A model generated the notes under the pieces. It was given only the letters and a program-made list of their open reading frames with translations, was not told where the DNA came from and did not search any database. From Trichormus sp. ATA11-4-KO1 (GTDB lineage Bacteria; Cyanobacteriota; Cyanobacteriia; Cyanobacteriales; Nostocaceae), in NCBI GenBank assembly GCA_019358915.1, contig JAHHIM010000006.1, positions 107,340-171,339 of the forward strand: DNA of 64,000 bases. The letters are read 5' to 3'. Below are positions 57,119 through 64,000 of the stretch, piece after piece; position 1 is the stretch's first letter, and each line of letters opens with the position of its first letter. The position numbers and the translations under genes are program-made.

Positions 57119-58414
57119 GTGGCGCAAGTTGTTTTAGAAAATATTTATAAAAGTTTTCCCCCACGCAAAGGGGAAAGTGTGGCGGCTCAAACCTCTATGA
57201 GTCAGGGAAATAAAAGCGCTGCAACGCGAGAGCAAACAGAAAGCGTTAATGTTTTGCGGCGAATTAACCTGACGATCGCAGATGGCGAGTTTATGGTGCT
57301 GGTTGGCCCTTCTGGTTGTGGTAAAAGTACTTTGCTACGGCTAATTGCTGGCTTGGAAGCCATGACAGGAGGCAATATTTGGCTAGGCGATCGCCTGATT
57401 AATGACCTACCCCCCAAAGAGCGAGACATTGCAATGGTGTTTCAAAATTACGCTCTTTATCCCCATATGACGGTATATGACAACATCGCCTTTGGATTGC
57501 GTCGGCGGCAATTGGCGAATAGGGAAAATCAGCCAAAACTACCCCACTGGGTTAATAATCTGCTTGTAGGAATCACGCGATCGCTACCTAAAGGAATCCG
57601 CTACGTTTCTGATCAAGAACGGCAAGTAGAGGCACAGGTACGGAATGTTGCTCAATTGTTACAAATGGAAACCTTGCTCAATCGCCTACCCAAACAGCTA
57701 TCTGGAGGACAAAGGCAAAGAGTGGCATTAGGAAGAGCGATCGCCCGTAATCCCCAAGTGTTTTTAATGGATGAACCGCTTTCTAATTTAGATGCCAAAC
57801 TCCGGGCGGAAACCCGCACCCAAATTGTGAAATTGCAGCGTCAACTAGGCACAACGACAATTTACGTCACCCACGACCAAACAGAAGCAATGACAATGGG
57901 CGATCGCATTGCCATTATGAATCAAGGTCAAATTCAACAAGTCGCATCCCCATTAGAACTTTACAACCGTCCTGCTAACCGCTTTGTTGCCGAATTCATT
58001 GGCTCACCACCGATCAATTTTATTCCTGTGAAATTCCATGCCCCATTGTTAATTACCCATGACAATTTTCGTCTCACCCTCCCAGAAATTTGGGGAACTG
58101 CTCTGAGAAAATACGATGGGCAAACTATAATTTTAGGCATTCGTCCAGAACACTTGATTTTGAGTGTACCTGCAACTAAAAATTTGCCAGTCAAAGTAGA
58201 CTTAGTAGAAAACCTTGGTAACGACTCCTTCCTATCCGTGAGGATTGCTGATAGCTTACCTGAATCTCCAATTAACCCTACAGCCCATTTTCTCCAAGTA
58301 CGAGTCCCGCCAGATCGATTGGTAAGTGTTAATGAGCAACTCTGGTTATCGCTCAATCCAGAGAAAATTCACTTTTTTGATCCTGATACTGAGTTAGCGA
58401 TATTTCCTCTCTGA
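57119..58414 (+). CDS. Sugar ABC transporter ATP-binding protein (MalK/UgpC family)
   Basis: GPSGCGKST, MVFQNYALYPHM, LSGGQRQRVALGRA, DEPLSNLDAKLR and a TOBE region GIRPEH. Confidence 0.93.
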   Translation: MAQVVLENIYKSFPPRKGESVAAQTSMSQGNKSAATREQTESVNVLRRINLTIADGEFMVLVGPSGCGKSTLLRLIAGLEAMTGGNIWLGDRLINDLPPKERDIAMVFQNYALYPHMTVYDNIAFGLRRRQLANRENQPKLPHWVNNLLVGITRSLPKGIRYVSDQERQVEAQVRNVAQLLQMETLLNRLPKQLSGGQRQRVALGRAIARNPQVFLMDEPLSNLDAKLRAETRTQIVKLQRQLGTTTIYVTHDQTEAMTMGDRIAIMNQGQIQQVASPLELYNRPANRFVAEFIGSPPINFIPVKFHAPLLITHDNFRLTLPEIWGTALRKYDGQTIILGIRPEHLILSVPATKNLPVKVDLVENLGNDSFLSVRIADSLPESPINPTAHFLQVRVPPDRLVSVNEQLWLSLNPEKIHFFDPDTELAIFPL

Positions 58415-58468
58415 GTGCTGAGTGCTGAGTGCGCTAGCCCTGAGCGAAGTCGAAGGGGAGTGCTGAGT
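58411..58468 (-). repeat. STRR plus 44-bp dispersed repeat, copy 4, overlapping the stop codon
   Basis: CTGAGTGCGCTAGCCCTGAGCGAAGTCGAAGGGGAGTGCTGAGT, one mismatch to the consensus. Confidence 0.9.
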
Positions 58469-58696
58469 ATAAATCCAGTTGCTTCAGTGCTTTGAGCAAT
58501 CAATAGTAAGATAAGTTTTTAGCCTTAACCGAACTGTATTGGATGTTTCTGGTTCACCCGACTGGGTGAATGCGATCGCAGCATCAAGAATTACCCTGAA
58601 AGAAGAAACAGTTTTTATGCTATGAGCAGAATTGCTCACAATATAAAAACTGGCATCATTGCCACGCCAATGGTTTGTGTATCAAAGGGTTAAAGA

Positions 58697-60508
58697 GTGG
58701 ATGAAACTGTAAAATTTCTGCATCAATCAAGTTTTCCCCAAGGAACTCTGACTCTGTTGGAAAAAATTGCTGCCAATTTACCGGGGATGATTTGCCAATT
58801 CCTACAACAGCCGGATGGTTCTCAGCTATTCTTGTATGTCAGTTCTGGCTGTCGCCATCTATATGAATTAGAACCAGAAGTTTTACAGGCGGATTTTCAT
58901 TCGCTACACAAACTAATTCATCCCCAAGATTTGCCAGCCTTTATAGAATCTATGACTGGTGCTGCTGCTACTCTGAAACCTTGGCGTTGGGAAGGTCGGA
59001 TCATTACGCCTAGTGGTCAACTCAAGTGGATTCAAGGTACTGCCCAACTGGAACCACAGGTTAACGGTGATATTCTTGGGGATGGCTTGTTCGTTGATAT
59101 TACAGACCGCAAACAAACAGAAGCACAATTACGCCTCACAGCAGAACGCGATCGCTTGTTAACGCAAACGCTGGTGCGAATTCGCTCTTCGCTCAACTTA
59201 GAACAAATTTTGCAAACCACAGTGACAGAAGTCCGGCAATTTTTACAAGTAGAGCGGGTTTTTATTGCCACAAATGATGCCAACATAGGAGCAAAAACTG
59301 TTGCCGAATCAGCAGATCCTCACTATCCATCAATTTTAGGTTGGTCAACCAATGATCAAAATTATCTTCAAGAACTGCGAAATATATTAACAATTAATCA
59401 GGTGCGTGTAGTTGAAGATACTTCACAAATCTCAGTATCACCCAAGTTACAAGCACACTATCAGCAATTCCAAACAAAAGCTACCTTAGCTGTACCAATC
59501 ATGCTAGGTGAAGAATTATTTGGTGCATTGATTGCTAACCAATGTTCTGGCCCCCGTCATTGGCAACCAATAGAAATCGACCTCCTCAAGCAGCTGTCTG
59601 AACAACTAGCGATCGCGATTCAGCAAGTACAACTTTACCAAGAACTAGCTCAACTCAACACTAATCTAGAACATCAAGTAGCAGAACGTACCGCGCAGTT
59701 GCAGCAAAAAATGCAGGAACTAGAAGAAATACAACGAGTAAAAGACGTTGTTTTACACACAGTTGCCCACGATTTACGCACTTCAGTCATGGGTAACTTG
59801 ATGGTGTTACAGAATTTGCTAAAAACCCAGGGAACGGAGATAGGGAGACAAGGAGACAAGGGGACAAGGGGACAAGGGGAAAATACTTTCTCATCCTCCC
59901 CATCTCCCCATCTCCCCATCCCCGTCTCCCGCTCGATTATAGAGCGTATGACTCAAGGTAACGATCGCCAACTAGGAATGATTAACTCGTTGCTGGAAAT
60001 TCATTCCTGCAAAGAACAAGGATTGATTCTTCATCGTGAGATGGTTCAGTTTAGTACGCTGCTGCAAACAGTTATTCAAGACTTGCAGCCGATGCTACGC
60101 CAAAATCAAGCGACTCTAAATAACTTGGCTCCTGAGGATTTACCGTTAGTAATGGCAGATACAAAACGTTTGCAGAAAGTTTTGACTAATTTGTTTACTC
60201 ATGCCTTACAACACAATCCACCAGGATTAGTTTTTACGCTACAAGCCACGATTAAAGCTGGGCTGATCCGTACTCAAATTCAATATAACGGTACAACAAT
60301 GAGCAAATTAGAGTGCGATCGCCTGTTCAATCTATATGTGCCTAATCCTCAGGCCCCTTGTTCAGCCGACATTGGCTTAAAAATGTATCTTTGTCGGCAA
60401 ATTATTCAAGCACATGGTGGGGAAATTGGTGTCATTAGTAACCACAAATGTGGTTTGTCCTTTTGGTTTACATTACCCATAGCAACTTTAGGGGGAGTGA
60501 GGGAGTGA
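58697..60508 (+). CDS. PAS-GAF histidine-kinase-like sensor with a degenerate ATPase domain
   Basis: PAS (IHPQD, DITDRK), GAF (IRSSLNLEQIL, LIANQCSGPRHW) and H-box AHDLRT; N, G1 and G2 boxes are altered. Confidence 0.85.
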   Translation: MDETVKFLHQSSFPQGTLTLLEKIAANLPGMICQFLQQPDGSQLFLYVSSGCRHLYELEPEVLQADFHSLHKLIHPQDLPAFIESMTGAAATLKPWRWEGRIITPSGQLKWIQGTAQLEPQVNGDILGDGLFVDITDRKQTEAQLRLTAERDRLLTQTLVRIRSSLNLEQILQTTVTEVRQFLQVERVFIATNDANIGAKTVAESADPHYPSILGWSTNDQNYLQELRNILTINQVRVVEDTSQISVSPKLQAHYQQFQTKATLAVPIMLGEELFGALIANQCSGPRHWQPIEIDLLKQLSEQLAIAIQQVQLYQELAQLNTNLEHQVAERTAQLQQKMQELEEIQRVKDVVLHTVAHDLRTSVMGNLMVLQNLLKTQGTEIGRQGDKGTRGQGENTFSSSPSPHLPIPVSRSIIERMTQGNDRQLGMINSLLEIHSCKEQGLILHREMVQFSTLLQTVIQDLQPMLRQNQATLNNLAPEDLPLVMADTKRLQKVLTNLFTHALQHNPPGLVFTLQATIKAGLIRTQIQYNGTTMSKLECDRLFNLYVPNPQAPCSADIGLKMYLCRQIIQAHGGEIGVISNHKCGLSFWFTLPIATLGGVRE

Positions 60509-61004
60509 GGGAGTGAGGGAGTATTTTCCCCTTATCACCTTGTCCCCGTTCTCAAGGATTTTTGTATTTCGCTATACAATAATGATTATTTTTAAATTAA
60601 GATATTATTTACTAACTCCACTAATGAAAAAAATCATCACGTCATGATCATGAGTCATGGTGACTGACAACATAATTGGTTATACCTAATGGAGATTTTC
60701 CTGTTCCCTTTTAACAATGTCTGTCACTGAGTATCTGGGAATGTTATTGTTTATTAGTTATACGGTTATTCAAAACTTCGGGATTTTGGAATTTAAGGGG
60801 AATGGGTAATATTATAGTCAAGCCACACCGTCATGCTGATCAAACAATCTGTATAAAATTAGTTGATTTTACCAGTAGGCTAAAACCTGTATGAGTTAGA
60901 AAAAATACGTGTAGTGGCAAATTGTCCAGGTGGAAATGAAAATCTCCGGACACAAGTCTAAAATTTGATTAAGAAATATCAAGGTTTTGGCAAACTATAT
61001 TTAT

Positions 61005-62195
61005 ATGCCCAATCAATTTTCTACTCAAACTTTGTCTACTCAAACTTCTAGCTCGTTATTGACGCTGACGGTTGCCCCAGGCAAAATAATTCGTGGATCT
61101 GGCGTGTTGCAGGCAGTACCAGCAGAAATTGCCCGTTTGGGAAGTCGTCCTTTAATTGTGGCAGGCAATTCTACGCTTGCCATGTGCCAAAAGAGTTTGC
61201 AACCAATTTTAGACGAGCAAAAATTGTCAACTGTCTCAGCTTCCTATGGTGTGGATTGTTGTGAAACCAGCTTAAAAGTTCTCAGAAAAGCAGCTAAAGA
61301 ACATCAAGCCGATGTGATTATTGGTGTTGGTGGTGGCAAAGCATTAGATACAGCTAAATTAGTTGCTGATCAATTGCAATTGCCGATAGTGACAATTCCC
61401 ACATCGGCAGCTACCTGTGCAGCGTGGACTGCCCTCTCGAATGTTTATTCTGAGTCAGGCGCATTTCTCTACGATGTGGCGCTGTCGCGCTGTCCTGATT
61501 TATTGATCCTTGATTATGATTTAATTCAAACTGCACCACAACATACATTAGTAGCCGGAATTGGGGATGCGATCGCTAAATGGTATGAAGCCTCAGTTAG
61601 TAGTGGTAATTCCCAACAAACTTTAATTATTGCCGCAGTCCAACAGGCGCGAGTTTTGCGGGATATTTTATTACAAAAGGCAGCGATCGCTCTGAAAGAA
61701 CCAGGTAGTGAGGTTTGGCAAGAAGTAGTTGATGCTACCGTCCTGCTGGCTGGGGTAATTGGCGGATTAGGAGGGGCGCAGTGCCGCACCGTTGCTGCCC
61801 ATGCCGTACATAACGGTTTAACTCACATTTCCGGACACGGTAGTATACATGGCGAAAAAGTCGCTTATGGTATTTTGGTACAACTGCGTTTAGAAGAAAT
61901 GTTACAAGGCAATCAACTAGCAGCCTCAGCGCGGCAACAGTTGTTAAAGTTCTACGCAGAGATTGGACTGCCACAAAAATTAGAGCATTTGGGATTAGGC
62001 AACATTACACTAAGCGAGTTGCAAATAGCTGCGGAAATTGCTCTAGATCCTAATTCTGACATCCATCGACTGCCGTTTAAAGTGGCACTAGAACAGTTGA
62101 TGGCGGCGATGGTTTCTACAACTGCACCAACAGATAGTAGAGAGGTGACAAATCGTGTCTCCACTAGGGGAATAAGTGACGAGGTTTTAGAATGA
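61005..62195 (+). CDS. Iron-containing alcohol dehydrogenase family (glycerol dehydrogenase-like)
   Basis: GVGGGKALDTAK, IPTSAATCA, GIGDAIAKWYE, AAHAVHNGLT and HGEKVAYG motifs. Confidence 0.9.
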   Translation: MPNQFSTQTLSTQTSSSLLTLTVAPGKIIRGSGVLQAVPAEIARLGSRPLIVAGNSTLAMCQKSLQPILDEQKLSTVSASYGVDCCETSLKVLRKAAKEHQADVIIGVGGGKALDTAKLVADQLQLPIVTIPTSAATCAAWTALSNVYSESGAFLYDVALSRCPDLLILDYDLIQTAPQHTLVAGIGDAIAKWYEASVSSGNSQQTLIIAAVQQARVLRDILLQKAAIALKEPGSEVWQEVVDATVLLAGVIGGLGGAQCRTVAAHAVHNGLTHISGHGSIHGEKVAYGILVQLRLEEMLQGNQLAASARQQLLKFYAEIGLPQKLEHLGLGNITLSELQIAAEIALDPNSDIHRLPFKVALEQLMAAMVSTTAPTDSREVTNRVSTRGISDEVLE

Positions 62196-63403
62196 GCTTG
62201 AATTGGATTACCCCCGCAGAACGCATACAGAAGCTACCGCCTTATGTATTTGCCCGTCTGGACGAACTCAAGGCTAAGGCGCGAGAACAAGGACTGGATT
62301 TAATTGATTTGGGCATGGGAAACCCCGATGGTGCTACACCACAGCCTGTGGTAGAAGCCGCGATCGCCGCCTTGCAAAATCCTGCCAATCACGGTTATCC
62401 GCCTTTTGAAGGCACTGCAAGTTTCCGCCGTGCCATCACCAATTGGTACAATCGCCGCTATGGTGTGGATCTTGATCCTGATAGTGAAGCCTTACCCCTA
62501 CTTGGTTCTAAAGAAGGATTAACCCATCTAGCGATCGCCTACATTAATCCTGGTGATGTAGTTCTGGTTCCTTCTCCCGCCTATCCTGCCCATTTTCGCG
62601 GCCCGTTAATTGCTGGGGGGAAAATTCATAGCCTCATTCTCAAACCAGAAAACGACTGGTTAATAGATTTAGCTGCTATTCCCGACGCAGTGGCCGAACA
62701 AGCCAAAATCCTTTATTTCAACTATCCCAGTAATCCCACAGCTGCCACCGCCCCCCGTGAGTTTTTTGCAGAAATCGTGGCTTTTGCCCGTAAATACGAA
62801 ATTCTGCTGGTGCATGATTTATGTTACGCCGAGTTAGCGTTTGATGGATATCAACCCACAAGCTTGTTAGAAATTCCCGGAGCTAAAGAAATTGGTGTAG
62901 AATTTCACACCTTATCGAAAACCTACAATATGGCTGGTTGGCGCGTGGGTTTTGTAGTGGGGAATCGCCATGTGATTCAAGGTTTGCGAACTTTAAAAAC
63001 TAACTTGGATTATGGGATTTTTGCCGCCTTACAAACCGCCGCCGAAACAGCTTTGCAACTACCAGATGTGTATTTACATGAAGTACAACAACGCTACCGT
63101 ACCCGACGCGATTTCTTAATTCAAGGTTTAGGAAAATTGGGTTGGGATATTCCCAAAACTCAAGCCACAATGTATCTGTGGGTGAAATGTCCTGTGGGTA
63201 TGAGTTCTACGGATTTTGCCCTGGATGTATTGCAGCAAACAGGTGTTGTTGTCACCCCCGGTAACGCCTTTGGGATTGCGGGTGAGGGGTATGTGCGGAT
63301 AAGTTTGATTGCAGAGTGCGATCGCTTGGGTGAAGCTTTGCACAGATTTAAACAAGCTGGTATCCGCTATCAACCCGAAGCCGTAGTCTCTGCTTCACAA
63401 TAG
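62192..63403 (+). CDS. PLP-dependent class I/II aminotransferase (DapL/AlaC-like)
   Basis: LPPYVFA, DLGMGNPD, NYPSNPT, HDLCY and SKTYNMAGWRVG motifs. ATGA overlap with the upstream gene. Confidence 0.88.
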   Translation: MSLNWITPAERIQKLPPYVFARLDELKAKAREQGLDLIDLGMGNPDGATPQPVVEAAIAALQNPANHGYPPFEGTASFRRAITNWYNRRYGVDLDPDSEALPLLGSKEGLTHLAIAYINPGDVVLVPSPAYPAHFRGPLIAGGKIHSLILKPENDWLIDLAAIPDAVAEQAKILYFNYPSNPTAATAPREFFAEIVAFARKYEILLVHDLCYAELAFDGYQPTSLLEIPGAKEIGVEFHTLSKTYNMAGWRVGFVVGNRHVIQGLRTLKTNLDYGIFAALQTAAETALQLPDVYLHEVQQRYRTRRDFLIQGLGKLGWDIPKTQATMYLWVKCPVGMSSTDFALDVLQQTGVVVTPGNAFGIAGEGYVRISLIAECDRLGEALHRFKQAGIRYQPEAVVSASQ

Positions 63404-63424
63404 AAATAATCATATCCTCAAAAA

Positions 63425-63778
63425 ATGTCACTGATACCAACCCCCTCTGCTACCACTCATCATTTAATTGCTGCGGGCTTTCATGCTCTTTCTGATCCAT
63501 TGAGGATTAGTGTGCTGGAACTGCTACGAAAACAGGAACAGTGTGTGTGCGATTTGTGCGATGCTTTGGGGGTGAGTCAGTCAAAACTGTCTTTTCACCT
63601 CAAAACTCTCAAAGAAGCTGGCTTAGTTAAAGCCCGCCAAGAAGGACGCTGGATTTATTACAGTCTCCATGTATCTCAATTTGCCATTTTAGAACAATAT
63701 TTAGCTGATTATCGCCGCATTAGCCAAATCTCTCCCGCCCGTTGTTGTGATATGGAGGGGAACAGAGAACAGAGGTGA
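63425..63778 (+). CDS. ArsR/SmtB family transcriptional regulator
   Basis: ALSDPLRI, EQCVCDL, SQSKLSFHLKTL and GRWIYY motifs; C-terminal CC pair. Confidence 0.92.
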   Translation: MSLIPTPSATTHHLIAAGFHALSDPLRISVLELLRKQEQCVCDLCDALGVSQSKLSFHLKTLKEAGLVKARQEGRWIYYSLHVSQFAILEQYLADYRRISQISPARCCDMEGNREQR

Positions 63779-64000
63779 AGAAGCAGAGAGAGCGCAGTAG
63801 GTAGGTTGAATTAAACGGCGTTGCTGATTGATCGCCCATATCTCCACCTACTCCGGTAAACATTACAAATTAGAACCCACCTTCCGCACCCTAACTGTCA
63901 CACATCAACAAAAAGCTGACGGAGTAGTACATAAGAACTAAGTTAGATTCAAGATTCCAGAGACTTAATGAGAATAAGTAGTATTAAGTCTCTTGATTTG

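Larger units (their letters stand above)
1..64000. repeat. HIP1 octamer GCGATCGC dispersed throughout
   Basis: About 70 copies counted by eye (roughly 1 per kb), a hallmark of cyanobacterial DNA. Confidence 0.95.

Noticed and set aside
9362..58468. 44-bp repeats or heptamer arrays as a CRISPR array
   Set aside because: Copies are kilobases apart or directly tandem without spacers, and there are no cas genes.
3010..63373. Numerous 60-130 aa ORFs nested in or antisense to long genes
   Set aside because: Shadow ORFs of well-supported CDSs with no independent evidence.

Overview
Chromosomal segment of a filamentous, probably heterocyst-forming cyanobacterium (Nostocales-like). This assignment rests on roughly 70 HIP1 octamers (GCGATCGC, counted by eye), many heptameric STRR arrays and Nostoc-type small dispersed repeats. 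Most of the window is housekeeping or conserved cyanobacterial genes: hisZ, suhB-like, fed2-type ferredoxin, tRNA-Ser(GGA), ftsE, an HmpU/HmpW-like partner-switch pair, queG, PBP1A, folK, ndbB, comA-like, cysteine desulfurase, SulP/BicA, CYP110-type P450, fused PabAB, ssb and ArsR. It also carries an HCP/CTDH carotenoid-protein cluster. The standout is the accessory locus at about 1-9.3 kb (minus strand), which encodes a sigma-70-like factor, a DUF1822 protein, a membrane-anchored CHAT (caspase-like) protease with intact His/Cys motifs fused to a periplasmic LivJ-type ligand-binding domain, and a LuxR-type response regulator. Three promoter regions in this locus share a bipartite motif (HLR1-like direct repeat, 26-27 nt, CCGATA). 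By inference this is a ligand-triggered protease/anti-sigma/sigma signalling system analogous to HetF/PatU3/HetZ. No CRISPR array, rRNA or intact transposase was seen. All family calls come from motif recognition, not database searches.
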